DNA of 64,000 nucleotides, from assembly GCA_965230295.1 (NCBI GenBank), contig OZ246001.1, forward strand, positions 2,112,001 to 2,176,000, read 5' to 3'. Numbering within the stretch: position 1 is the first letter of the stretch; every line of letters starts with the position of its first letter. A program made the position numbers and the translations under genes. Source of the stretch: Marinicella sp. (GTDB lineage: Bacteria; Pseudomonadota; Gammaproteobacteria; Xanthomonadales; Marinicellaceae). The notes below the pieces were generated by a model that did not search any database, had not been told where the DNA came from, and was given only the letters and a program-made list of their open reading frames with translations. Below, one piece after another: positions 1 through 9,131 of the stretch.

Positions 1-138
1 CCGAACAGTTTGGATCGGGTCTATGATTCAAGCAAAGTCCAAAAAGAACTGGGGTGGCAGCCACAACATGGTTTTCAAAGCGTGTTAGACATGCTGGATG
101 ATGAAGTGGCTGAAGTACTACCAGTGATTAAACAATGA
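1..138 (+). CDS. 3' end of probable NAD-dependent epimerase/dehydratase (partial, starts before window)
   Basis: Frame 1 reads PNSLDRVYDSSKVQKELGWQPQHGF..., a typical epimerase C-terminus; TGA overlaps the next ATG (ATGA). Confidence 0.6.
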   Translation, partial: PNSLDRVYDSSKVQKELGWQPQHGFQSVLDMLDDEVAEVLPVIKQ

Positions 139-590
139 ATCTCTCCAACAAATACCTGATCACTGCTGCCATTGGAAGTGGGCTGGCTGCCTTGTTACAT
201 TTAGGCTGTGTGGTGTTTGGTGGTGACTGGTACCGATTTCTAGGTGCTGGTGAAGCGATGGCACAAATGGCTGAAGCGGGTCATATTTATCCAAGCCTGG
301 TTACTTCAGCAATGGCCTTGATGCTGTTAATTTGGGGTATGTATGCCCTGTCAGGTGCCGGTTTGATCATGCGTTTGCCGCTGTTGCGTTTGGGCCTGAT
401 TGTGATTGCCGGGATCTATTTATTGCGAGGGTTGGCCTTTGTGTTTTTGATGCCGATGTTTCCGGACAATGGCCTGACTTTTTGGTTGGTCAGTTCAGGC
501 ATCTGTTTATTTATGGGTTCCATGTATGTCATGGGATTACGGCAGGCATGGCCGCTGTTGAAACAAAGATCAGGAGTCATTAAAAAATGA
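135..590 (+). CDS. Hypothetical integral membrane protein
   Basis: 151 aa, about 4 hydrophobic segments, translationally coupled on both sides. Confidence 0.8.
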   Translation: MNLSNKYLITAAIGSGLAALLHLGCVVFGGDWYRFLGAGEAMAQMAEAGHIYPSLVTSAMALMLLIWGMYALSGAGLIMRLPLLRLGLIVIAGIYLLRGLAFVFLMPMFPDNGLTFWLVSSGICLFMGSMYVMGLRQAWPLLKQRSGVIKK

Positions 591-1150
591 AATGTTCAGT
601 GTTTATTGCCACCAGTGTGGACGGCTACATTGCTGCTGAGGATGGTGCGGTTGATTGGTTGTATACAGCAGGCAATCAACAAGCTGATTTGGGTGATGAT
701 GTTGGGATGGGGTTTCAACAATACATGGCATCGGTCGATTGTATGATCATGGGTCGAGGTTGTATGGAAATCTTGGCTGGGATGCATTTGACGGCCGAAG
801 CCTGGCCATATGGCAACTTGCGGGTGATAGTCCTGAGTCGCAGCATCACTGAACCACCTGCTTCATTACCGGGACCGGTTGAAATCTATTCTGGTGACAT
901 TCCCGGTTTGATCAAAACTTTAGAGACCGATGGATTCAAACATGCTTATGTCGATGGCGGCGCCACCATCACCTCATTTTTATCGCTGGGTTTGATCAAC
1001 GAAATGACCATCACCAAAGCGCCGATCATTCTTGGCAACGGGATTCCTTTATTTGGTCAGTTGAACCAAGCCATCAATCTAGAAAAAACCACAGCCAAAG
1101 TATTTGCCAATGATTACATTCAAGAGACATACCGGGTATCAGGTCGCTGA
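587..1150 (+). CDS. Dihydrofolate reductase family (RibD C-terminal-like) protein
   Basis: FIATSVDGYIA, IMGR, YVDGG, PIILGNGIPLF motifs. Confidence 0.9.
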   Translation: MKCSVFIATSVDGYIAAEDGAVDWLYTAGNQQADLGDDVGMGFQQYMASVDCMIMGRGCMEILAGMHLTAEAWPYGNLRVIVLSRSITEPPASLPGPVEIYSGDIPGLIKTLETDGFKHAYVDGGATITSFLSLGLINEMTITKAPIILGNGIPLFGQLNQAINLEKTTAKVFANDYIQETYRVSGR

Positions 1151-1312
1151 TCAACCCTTTATATCTTCAACAGTTTTCTCAGGCAGCTGTACCTTGAGGT
1201 AAAATTGTATCAATCCACACCAACAGTAAACGCATGAATTCTGATTTAAACCGAATTGCATTTTTGGCCGGTATGATCTTCTTGGTGGCCAAACCCTTGG
1301 TCAGTAGTCGCC

Positions 1313-1714
1313 GTGATCACAACTGAACAATCAGCATGGGTTGTGCAAGCCGTAATGGCGTGGCCATTTCTGATCCTCGGCCTTTCGCACATGCTACAAC
1401 CCAAGATGTGGGTTGATTTCTTTGTGTATTTACATGGTTTAGGCCTCACCGGCGTGTTGATTCGGACCTTTGCTTTGGAGCTTGTGCCCGCATTGGTGAT
1501 TGTGACTTTTCATTGGGTGTGGTCGGGCCCGGCCATGTTGATCAGCATATATGGTTGTTTGTTGGCCATTAAAATCACCTTGAGTCTGTTGGTGCCGAAT
1601 ATTGGACTGAAGTCTTTGGGGATGGCAGAACAACATAACCGCCGTGGGTTTGTGATTGCTGGTTTGGTTTTGGTGTTGTTCAGTGGCTTGTGTTTTTGGT
1701 TGGTGTGGTTTTGA
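1313..1714 (+). CDS. Hypothetical membrane protein
   Basis: 133 aa, 4 hydrophobic segments, GLSH..QP motif; start uncertain. Confidence 0.7.
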   Translation: MITTEQSAWVVQAVMAWPFLILGLSHMLQPKMWVDFFVYLHGLGLTGVLIRTFALELVPALVIVTFHWVWSGPAMLISIYGCLLAIKITLSLLVPNIGLKSLGMAEQHNRRGFVIAGLVLVLFSGLCFWLVWF

Positions 1715-1811
1715 TGAAACTGCGTGGCTAAAGACAACAAGATTCTATAGACTTTTCTATTTAAGACACAATTTGATGCCATTTCAATTCTTACAATCCT
1801 TTGTCACACAT

Positions 1812-1961
1812 TAAGGAATGTTCTTGGGGCTTCATTCACTTTTGTTTCTGACAAAAGTGAAAGCGACCACGGCGAACATGACATGCTACCTCGCGCTTTT
1901 CGCCTCTGATTCGCAAGGCTCACCAACCGGCTCGGCGGGTCAAGCTGCTCAGCAGCTTTCC
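1812..1961. repeat. Short (150 bp) copy of a dispersed structured element
   Basis: Six blocks collinear with 55563-56196; internal hairpin TTCACTTTTGT-TTCTG-ACAAAAGTGAA; terminal palindrome AAGCTGCT-C-AGCAGCTT. Confidence 0.9.
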
Positions 1962-2103
1962 ATAGCAGCCAAATTGGTGCTGTTGTTTGTGACAGTTTGT
2001 CTGGTCATTGTTAGGCTGAGTTTGAGTGCGCACAGCCACATGTTTTATGTCTGTCCATGGGTGATGTAAAATCACTGCTGTTCCATTGACAAAACGAGCC
2101 ATC

Positions 2104-2577
2104 ATGAAAGCACTCCAATTACTGATTTTCTTGTCAGCCCTGTTCACGTGGGTTGACAGCACATTCGCCAAGGATCAACCGAGCCGTTCAACTGAATTTT
2201 TGAATTCTGCTGCACACCTACAGTCCGATTTACCTTTTTCCCAAGCCGTGCGGGTTGGTGATGTGTTGTTTTTATCGGGTCAAATTGGCTACGACTACGA
2301 GCAAAAACTTTTGGTAAAAGGTGGCATCAAAGCAGAAACCAAACAAACCATGAACAACATCAAAGACGTATTAGCCGCCAATGGATACAAGATGAGCCAA
2401 TTGGTTAAATGTACCGTGATGTTAGATGACATTGCTGAATGGCAGGCCTTCAACGAGGTCTATGTCACTTACTTTGAAAAACCATTTCCGGCCCGCAGTG
2501 CATTTGGGGCGGATGGTTTGGCCCTGGGGGCTAAAGTGGAAGTCGAGTGTATCGCCGCAATAGGTAATCGACAATAA
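2104..2577 (+). CDS. RidA/YjgF/UK114 family protein with N-terminal signal peptide
   Basis: PFSQAVRVGDVLFLSGQIG, FNEVY..YF..PFPARS, VEVECIA; start moved to ATG 2104 (MKALQLLIFL...). Confidence 0.9.
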   Translation: MKALQLLIFLSALFTWVDSTFAKDQPSRSTEFLNSAAHLQSDLPFSQAVRVGDVLFLSGQIGYDYEQKLLVKGGIKAETKQTMNNIKDVLAANGYKMSQLVKCTVMLDDIAEWQAFNEVYVTYFEKPFPARSAFGADGLALGAKVEVECIAAIGNRQ

Positions 2578-2593
2578 ATGATTAATTCTTAGC

Positions 2594-2881
2594 ATGTCGC
2601 TGGCTACATTTAACTACATTGAATCGGGATTGTGGTTTGTGTTTGCATTGATCATGCAGTTTCATGTATATCGGGTGGGCACGGAACATAAGCTGTTCAA
2701 AGTCACATGTATGGCATCACTGGCCTTTTTGTTGTTTGGCATCTCCGATGTGATCGAAGCCCAGACCGGTGCCTGGTGGCACCCCTTTGGGTTGTTGTTG
2801 CTCAAAGTGGGTTGTGTGCTGACCTTAGCGGGGTGTTATGTCTGGTACAGGTTAATCATAAAGGGTGAAGAACGTGACTGA
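2594..2881 (+). CDS. Small hypothetical membrane protein
   Basis: 95 aa, three hydrophobic helices, FGISD.IE..TGAWW.P motif. Confidence 0.75.
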   Translation: MSLATFNYIESGLWFVFALIMQFHVYRVGTEHKLFKVTCMASLAFLLFGISDVIEAQTGAWWHPFGLLLLKVGCVLTLAGCYVWYRLIIKGEERD

Positions 2882-3284
2882 TGACCGTCACATTGTTATC
2901 TTCGACGGGGTGTGTAATTTTTGTAATGGGGCAGTTAATTTCATCATCAAGCGAGATCCCAAAGGCTTGTTTGTGTTTACCCCGATGCAAACTGAACTGG
3001 CCCGGCAATTGATGCAAAAACACCATATCTTCAATGTGGGGATCGATACGTTTTTATTGATCAGGAACGACCGCTGTTTTGTGTTTTCTACTGCTGCTTT
3101 GGAAATCGCCAGAGATTTGACTGGTGGTTGGTTCCTGTTCAATGGGTTCAGGATCATCCCTGCCTTTATGCGTGATTTTTTTTATAAATTGTTCGCTCGC
3201 AATCGCTATGCATTATTTGGACGAACAGAACACTGTATGGTGCCATCCGAAGAGCTGAAGTCCCGATTCATTGGTTTGGGATGA
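2865..3284 (+). CDS. Thiol-disulfide oxidoreductase DCC family (DUF393)
   Basis: FDGVCNFCN (DxxCxxC) and RD.FY..FARNRY..FGR...C motifs. Confidence 0.9.
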   Translation: MKNVTDDRHIVIFDGVCNFCNGAVNFIIKRDPKGLFVFTPMQTELARQLMQKHHIFNVGIDTFLLIRNDRCFVFSTAALEIARDLTGGWFLFNGFRIIPAFMRDFFYKLFARNRYALFGRTEHCMVPSEELKSRFIGLG

Positions 3285-3309
3285 TGTTTAGTTTTGTCAT
3301 CTTGATTAA

Positions 3310-3463
3310 CGTGAACTGAAGTCCACGCTCCAAGTGTATCGTCATTCCGGCGCAGGCCGGAATCTAACACCTTTCTTAAGGTGTCAACATAAGAAACAAT
3401 TCGAATGGAGAACAAAACATATGGCCTACTAAGATTATGGATACCGGCCTGCGGCGGTATGAC
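3310..3463. repeat. REP-like cluster: CTGAAGT-core palindrome plus inverted pair of GTCATTCCGG-type repeats
   Basis: CGTGAACTGAAGTCCACGCT (3310-3329); GTCATTCCGGCGCAGGCCGGAATCT (3341-3365) and inverted GGATACCGGCCTGCGGCGGTATGAC (3439-3463), between convergent genes. Confidence 0.85.
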
Positions 3464-3500
3464 AGAACTTCAATATCCATCGTCAAACCAATTGATTGAT

Positions 3501-5138
3501 TTACCTCCTGGCTTCGGCCTCCACTTCATCCAAAAAGGCGGGTTTGATACCAGTCATTTCCCAAGTACTTAGGGTAATGGGAATGGAGCCAATGGCATTG
3601 AGTTGATCAAAGAAGCCTTTGAGTGTGAACTCATGACCTTGTTCTTCGTCAATTTTGGCTTTTTGAGCCATGGCATGGTCGAGCAGGGCTTTGCCTGTGA
3701 CGTAACTGGTACCATATCCTGGTTGGCGCAAATACAAATGTTGCTCAAAGATCAACAGTTCTTTTTCAGTTTTCATCCAGCCTCTGGGGGTGTAGTTCAT
3801 GTGTATTTCCCCGGCTTTTTCCATGGTCATTTGATTGGCATGGGCATACAAAGAACCAAGGCCTCTGGCAGCTCTTTGGGCCAACATGATGTAAACAATC
3901 TCTCGGCCACGTGGGTTGTGGTCATACAAACCCGCATGCATGAAAATTTCTTCTACCGCGGTGGCTGTGCCTTCATTGCGACTGTCAAAGATGTTGTACA
4001 ACAGGGCGTTTTTTCTGATCAATCGAGGATTGGGATCGTGTTCCATGATGGCCAATTCAAACCAGTGGTAAAAATGCGAAAACAATGGTGTAGGGTCGAG
4101 GTGTGAGCCAATGTAAAAGAAATGACGGGTGGCTTCCGGGACAAAACTGCCTTTGTGTCGGTCCAGTGCCGGTTTGAAATAATCGGCCACTGTAACGATG
4201 TCTTTTTTATCTAGCCAGTTGATGAAATGGTCTGCTGAGCGGTTGGCCAAAGCTTCGTATTCTTCTTGGTTTTTGGCCGAAACCAATTCAGGTAAGTCTC
4301 GATTGCGGTGTTCTTCCAGTTTGAGTGAGGTCCAGGCCCGATCCAATTCACGTCTTAACAGGCGTTCTTCATCGGCCCAATCCATCGGTACCAGATGGAC
4401 ATGTTGCTGATACCAGCTGTAGTTTTCGATGCCCAGACCTGAAGCGCCTGTTTTGTTGTCACTTTGTTGTTCCAGCCACTGAGCAAATGCGGCTGTGGAT
4501 TCGGTGGCTTGATGCAGTGTCTTGATCAATGTGACATTTTCTGTGGCCTCAATAGAAGCTTGCAGATCGGTCAGGACTTGGTGTTGGCGTTTGATGTCGC
4601 GGATGCCCGCTATCCACAGTTCTTTGGCATTGCCGATGAGGTTTTCTCTGGCTTGTTGTTGTAAAGGTTTGATGCGTGCCAAATCGCTGTTCAACCTGAT
4701 TTGTTCGGCGTCACTTAATGGAAAATCGTAGGTCCACAGTTCGGTGACAAAATGTGGTGTGGGGCCTTCATGTGCGGGTACATCGCTTTTATAGGTCCAT
4801 ACTTGTTTGTAAAAGGCCGGGTCTCGTTGCCAGGGTTTCAGAATCCGTTGGTTAAAATCATACCCGTTGATCTCAGCCAACATCACAAACCAATCAATCT
4901 GTTCTGGCACGGACCATGCGGAACGATCAAATGCCATCAGTTGGGCCTTGAATTTGCTCCATTGAGGACGGCGTTCTACAAATGTGGCTTGGCGATAATC
5001 AGGTGCCATGTTATGCAATGGTGGCACCTCAAAGGCACGCCATTCGATGAAGAGTTGTTCCAGTTGTTTGAAGTCAGAGGATGGGTGGGCACTGGCTGTG
5101 AATAACAACAATGTCAGTGTGAGCAATCGAATGTTCAT
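3501..5138 (-). CDS. DUF885 family secreted protein (putative metallopeptidase-like)
   Basis: Signal peptide; NEG.ATA.EE, RAAR, YLRQPGYGTSY..GK, F.LKGFFD motifs. Confidence 0.75.
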   Translation of the reverse strand: MNIRLLTLTLLLFTASAHPSSDFKQLEQLFIEWRAFEVPPLHNMAPDYRQATFVERRPQWSKFKAQLMAFDRSAWSVPEQIDWFVMLAEINGYDFNQRILKPWQRDPAFYKQVWTYKSDVPAHEGPTPHFVTELWTYDFPLSDAEQIRLNSDLARIKPLQQQARENLIGNAKELWIAGIRDIKRQHQVLTDLQASIEATENVTLIKTLHQATESTAAFAQWLEQQSDNKTGASGLGIENYSWYQQHVHLVPMDWADEERLLRRELDRAWTSLKLEEHRNRDLPELVSAKNQEEYEALANRSADHFINWLDKKDIVTVADYFKPALDRHKGSFVPEATRHFFYIGSHLDPTPLFSHFYHWFELAIMEHDPNPRLIRKNALLYNIFDSRNEGTATAVEEIFMHAGLYDHNPRGREIVYIMLAQRAARGLGSLYAHANQMTMEKAGEIHMNYTPRGWMKTEKELLIFEQHLYLRQPGYGTSYVTGKALLDHAMAQKAKIDEEQGHEFTLKGFFDQLNAIGSIPITLSTWEMTGIKPAFLDEVEAEARR

Positions 5139-5285
5139 GTTTGATCCATAAATTCAATCAGCATAATATAGCAGAATCTGATTGATAAATTCTCACATAA
5201 GAATGATCTGGCCAACTGTTGGTAGAAGAGGGTGACTGCTGTGAATTTACGATTAGTTGCGACCATTTGCTTGTGACTGTCGTCT

Positions 5286-5310
5286 TATATAGTACGAATC
5301 GGACTAAATA
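5286..5310. promoter_or_regulatory. Imperfect 25-bp palindrome, candidate PadR operator
   Basis: TATATAGTACGA-A-TCGGACTAAATA (10 of 12 pairs) immediately upstream of the protease RBS. Confidence 0.45.
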
Positions 5311-5320
5311 GGAAAAACCA

Positions 5321-6520
5321 ATGAAACATTCAAAATACACATACCGCTACATATTGTTCATTTCAATTTTTACCATTCACCTTATGCCAGGCGCCATTAA
5401 TCAGGTCAAATCGAAGCCCAGACAAGTGGAAGAACAGCCAGCTGCCCTGGGGGACTTTGATTTCCCGGGAAACCGTTTGGTGTTGAAAACCACTCATTCT
5501 GGCCCTCATCCGAAGGTGGTTGTTGATTTAGGTGATGGAGAAACTTACCATTTCATTGTTGACACGGGTGCTTCAGTCAATGTGATGGATACGACCATTG
5601 CTGAAAAACTGGGTTACAACGTGATTGGCAGTACTGAAATCGGGGCACCTGGTGGGCCACAAGTTGCTATGGATATCGTTAAAGTTCCGCTTGCCAAGAT
5701 TGATGCTGGCGAAATTACAGATGCAGAATTCTTATTGATGGACATCCAGAAATTCAGTATGGGAACCATGCATGGTGTCATTGGCATGGGTTTATTCAGA
5801 GAGTATTTACTCACATTTGATATGGGTGAGGGCTTGATAACCATTTCCAGAGAATCCTTATCAATTGATGATCCAACTGTGATCACTTATCAACCATCCA
5901 ATGGCCACATCATGATTGAAATGGATGTGGCAGGGACCCCTGTAGATGCCCATATTGATACCGGTGCCATGGGTGGGTTCATGTTGCCAGGAGAGTCACT
6001 TCAGTCTTTTCCAATAATGGGTGAACCACAAGCAGGTCGCAAAGCCCGCTTGGTGGGTGGGGAACGAGACATCACCAGGGCTCAAATTAATGGATCCATT
6101 CGATTTGGTGGCTTTGAATTTAAAAATGAAACGGTCTCTTTCATGACACCGTCCACTGGATATGGCAACATTGGAGGTGATGTGTTCAGTCAAATGGTGA
6201 TGCCAATTGACCAAAAGAATCATTTAATTGGCTTTCGCAAACCGACGAAGAAAACAGGGACACTCACAGGTAAACCACGACGGTTGGGTGTTGAATTTCG
6301 AGGTATGGGAGGAGGCGGTGATTTGGCCATTGGCATGATTGAAAAAGGTTCATTGGGTGAGTCCGCAGGTTTTCAATCAGGTGATAAGATGGTCTCAGTG
6401 AATGGGCGCAGCATCAAAGATGTGGCCATTCAAGAATTAGGCGCCTTGATTCAAGGTAAAGAGTTGTTGGAATTTGTGGTGGAACGTAAGGGTCAATTGA
6501 CTCACATCACAGTGAAGTAA
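5321..6520 (+). CDS. Secreted aspartyl protease (two retropepsin-like domains) with C-terminal PDZ domain
   Basis: FIVDTGAS and HIDTGA catalytic motifs; RLGVEF...GS.GE.AGFQSGD....VNG PDZ signature. Confidence 0.85.
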   Translation: MKHSKYTYRYILFISIFTIHLMPGAINQVKSKPRQVEEQPAALGDFDFPGNRLVLKTTHSGPHPKVVVDLGDGETYHFIVDTGASVNVMDTTIAEKLGYNVIGSTEIGAPGGPQVAMDIVKVPLAKIDAGEITDAEFLLMDIQKFSMGTMHGVIGMGLFREYLLTFDMGEGLITISRESLSIDDPTVITYQPSNGHIMIEMDVAGTPVDAHIDTGAMGGFMLPGESLQSFPIMGEPQAGRKARLVGGERDITRAQINGSIRFGGFEFKNETVSFMTPSTGYGNIGGDVFSQMVMPIDQKNHLIGFRKPTKKTGTLTGKPRRLGVEFRGMGGGGDLAIGMIEKGSLGESAGFQSGDKMVSVNGRSIKDVAIQELGALIQGKELLEFVVERKGQLTHITVK

Positions 6521-6531
6521 GGAGGAGTTTT

Positions 6532-7077
6532 TTGCGAAAATTAAGCGAATTAGAAGGCGTGTCTTTAGGCATCATTCATCATTTTCAGCCATGTACAGCC
6601 TATTTTGTACGTTGTCAGCTCAGGGATTCGCCTTCTACACTTTGGCAGGCATCTGCAGGATCGGTTTATCCTTTGGTGTCCAGGTTAGAAAATCAAGGGT
6701 TAATAAAGGCCACTGAAGACGGTGATAAACGTGGTAGAAAAAATCTGACACTGACTGAACGGGGTGTGTCTGATTTGCAATCGTGGGTATTAAATGGTTC
6801 TGATCAATCGAAAGTTGCTGCGATCATGGACCCATTGCGTAACCGGATTGCATTCTTATCCGTGTTGGATGATCAAACACAAATGATTTATTTGGATCAG
6901 TTATTGGTTGAGATGAAAGTGTTTTATGAAGTAACCAAAAAAAGGCTTGCTGACAGCCCAAAATCTGATGACCTTTACAAACACATGGTGGCTTTGGGTG
7001 CCATGCAATCCACCCAAAGCCGTTTGAATTGGTTATCTGAGGTTAAGCAATTAATCATTGAAAAGCATGCCAAATAG
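6532..7077 (+). CDS. PadR family transcriptional regulator
   Basis: WQASAGSVYP.VSRLE..GLI and RK...LTE.G motifs; GGAGG RBS before TTG. Confidence 0.9.
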   Translation: MRKLSELEGVSLGIIHHFQPCTAYFVRCQLRDSPSTLWQASAGSVYPLVSRLENQGLIKATEDGDKRGRKNLTLTERGVSDLQSWVLNGSDQSKVAAIMDPLRNRIAFLSVLDDQTQMIYLDQLLVEMKVFYEVTKKRLADSPKSDDLYKHMVALGAMQSTQSRLNWLSEVKQLIIEKHAK

Positions 7078-7199
7078 AGTGCCTGATGAAGATCGGTAGT
7101 ACAACTGCGCAGCGCGTGACAGAAAAGTGATTATTTGAAGAAGAAGCTGTGAGATTGACTGTTCATAATGGAAACACAGTTATTAAACCGGACAGATCA

Positions 7200-7691
7200 A
7201 TGAATAAAATTTTACTTTTTATGTTGCTTTCACACATAACTTTATCAGTGATGGCACAAAACCACTCGCCGATGGAGAAAAAACCACTGATTTCGGTCAA
7301 TGATGCTGGTGTGGCCATCAATGGTTTCGATACAGTGGCTTATTTTGAGCAAAACAAGGCGGTCAGAGGCAGTCAGGAATTTAGCTGTGATTACAAGGAG
7401 GCTACTTGGTACTTTACTTCTGCTGAAAACAGGGACAGGTTTTTACAAAACCCAGAAAAATTTGCACCACAATATGGCGGTTACTGTACGCATGCTTTGG
7501 CAAAAAATCAACTGATCAATGCCCAACCGGATGCTTTTGTGATTAACAACAATCAGCTCTATTTATACAGCAAAAAGACTTTTGCTCAAGAATCCAAGTT
7601 CACTTTTAAACAAGAACAACGGGTTCGTGAACAGAATTGGCTGAGTTTTCATAAAACTTTTTCTTGGCCAAGGTCATCGTTGGCTAAGTAG
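7200..7691 (+). CDS. YHS domain-containing protein (Cys form), secreted
   Basis: GVAINGFDTVAYF, W.F.SAENRD.F..NPEKFAPQYGGYC; start ATG 7200. Confidence 0.85.
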   Translation: MNKILLFMLLSHITLSVMAQNHSPMEKKPLISVNDAGVAINGFDTVAYFEQNKAVRGSQEFSCDYKEATWYFTSAENRDRFLQNPEKFAPQYGGYCTHALAKNQLINAQPDAFVINNNQLYLYSKKTFAQESKFTFKQEQRVREQNWLSFHKTFSWPRSSLAK

Positions 7692-7696
7692 GGCTT

Positions 7697-8182
7697 TTAT
7701 TCTTGTTCATGGCCTTCAGTATTCAATTCAATTTTGCGTTGTAACAGCACCGGGCCTGATTGATCTTCACCCAATTCGTCCTCGGGATTGTACAGGGGGC
7801 AGGCTTTCAGGGATAAACAACCACAACCGATGCAACTGGTGAGGTTATCACGCAATGCGGTCAGTTGCATGATCTTGCGACTCAAATCATCATTCCATTG
7901 TTTTGAAAGGCGCTGCCAATCACTTTTGTTGGGCGCTCGGTTTTTCGGCAGAAATGACATGGCATGATTGATGTTCTTCAGGCTGATGCCTACCTTTTGT
8001 GCAGCCTTGATTACACTGATGCGACGTAGCACGTCTTTGTTGAAACGGCGTTGGTTGCCGGCATTTCTGACCGAGTGAATCAACCCCTTTTCCTGATAAA
8101 AATGCAACGTGGACACCGACACACCACTGCGTTTGGCCACGTCACCAACCGACAAGTTGGCTGGTTTGATTTTTTTTGCCAT
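7697..8182 (-). CDS. soxR: Redox-sensitive transcriptional activator SoxR
   Basis: MerR HTH (VGDVAKRSGVSVSTLHFY), RNAGNQRRF, [2Fe-2S] motif CIGCGCLSLKACPLYNP; start ATG 8182. Confidence 0.97.
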   Translation of the reverse strand: MAKKIKPANLSVGDVAKRSGVSVSTLHFYQEKGLIHSVRNAGNQRRFNKDVLRRISVIKAAQKVGISLKNINHAMSFLPKNRAPNKSDWQRLSKQWNDDLSRKIMQLTALRDNLTSCIGCGCLSLKACPLYNPEDELGEDQSGPVLLQRKIELNTEGHEQE

Positions 8183-8187
8183 TGTTC

Positions 8188-8218
8188 TTGACCTCAAGTT
8201 AACTTGAGGTTTTATTAT
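8188..8218 (+). promoter_or_regulatory. SoxR box within a MerR-type 19-bp-spacer promoter
   Basis: Perfect palindrome ACCTCAAGTTAACTTGAGGT (8191-8210); -35 TTGACC (8188-8193), -10 TATTAT (8213-8218), 19-bp spacer. Confidence 0.95.
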
Positions 8219-8260
8219 GGGCACTTAATCTTGAATGAGCAAGTGCTCAGGAGTATTTTT

Positions 8261-8674
8261 ATGATCCGATTAGAACATGTCAACCTGGTAGGAAAAGACC
8301 TCGAGCGCAGCCTCAGTTTTTACCGGGCTGCTTTTCCCCATTGGCGCATCCGTGCGGAAGGCGGTGGCGAATGGTATGGGAAACCCAGGCGTTGGTTACA
8401 CTTTGGTGATGACTACCAATACCTGGCGTTGAGTGACTTTGGTGAAGGTAACAACCGCGATTTGGCTGGGCACAGTGTAGGGCTGGCCCATTTTGCATTT
8501 GCAGTGGACAATCTGGATGCGCTGATCAAACGGTTGAATGAGGCGGGTTATCCCGTTTTCAAAGCCGGCGCCGATTCGCCTTATCGCAAAAACATCTACT
8601 TTCTGGATCCAGACGGATTTGAAGTGGAGTTCACTGAATACCTCACCGATGTCCCCAAAGAACGCAATGCTTAG
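8261..8674 (+). CDS. VOC/glyoxalase family protein
   Basis: LEHVNL, LAHFAFAV, YFLDPDGFEVEF; AGGAG RBS before ATG 8261. Confidence 0.9.
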   Translation: MIRLEHVNLVGKDLERSLSFYRAAFPHWRIRAEGGGEWYGKPRRWLHFGDDYQYLALSDFGEGNNRDLAGHSVGLAHFAFAVDNLDALIKRLNEAGYPVFKAGADSPYRKNIYFLDPDGFEVEFTEYLTDVPKERNA

Positions 8675-8683
8675 GAGCCAGTT

Positions 8684-9109
8684 ATGAACCTCAATCAAAT
8701 CACCATACAGTCCAACAACGTGAATCGTGCCTTACAGTTTTATCTGAAGTTGGGTCTGCAATTGATCGTAGATTCCAGCCCGCGTTATGTGCGCCTGGCC
8801 TGTCCAAAAGGTGACAGCACCTTTTCCATCAATCACAGTGAAAACCGAGTCAATGACAGCACAACTTTGTATTTCGAAGTGACAGATGTGGATCGGATCA
8901 GTGAGCAACTGCAGCAACAGGGCATCGTGTTCAAGACATCGCCGAAAGACCAACGCTGGTTGTGGCGTGAAGCCGATCTGGTCGACCCCGACGGTCACCA
9001 CCTCAAACTTTACCATGCTGGCGAAAACCGCAAAAACCCGCCCTGGCGGGTCAGAAAAAAACACTGGTTCGAACACATCAGCGACAGTCCTTATAACTTG
9101 ATGAAGTGA
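8684..9109 (+). CDS. VOC/glyoxalase family protein
   Basis: MNLNQIT, FY.KLG, LYFEV.DVD, WLWREA.L.DPDG. Confidence 0.9.
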   Translation: MNLNQITIQSNNVNRALQFYLKLGLQLIVDSSPRYVRLACPKGDSTFSINHSENRVNDSTTLYFEVTDVDRISEQLQQQGIVFKTSPKDQRWLWREADLVDPDGHHLKLYHAGENRKNPPWRVRKKHWFEHISDSPYNLMK

Positions 9110-9131
9110 TGGTTTAATTATCGTCTATTTT

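Noticed and set aside
587-1150. Replacement for the missing ribD
   Set aside because: Generic DHFR-like protein without a deaminase domain; the family is widespread and not evidence for riboflavin synthesis.
1818-2069. 83-aa ORF (and antisense ORF 1920-2171)
   Set aside because: Overlap the short repeat copy or the ridA-like start; no RBS or homology cues.
7200-7691. Selenoprotein recoding in the YHS proteins (also 56261-56851)
   Set aside because: Both have Cys in the GG(Y/W)C motif and no in-frame TGA.
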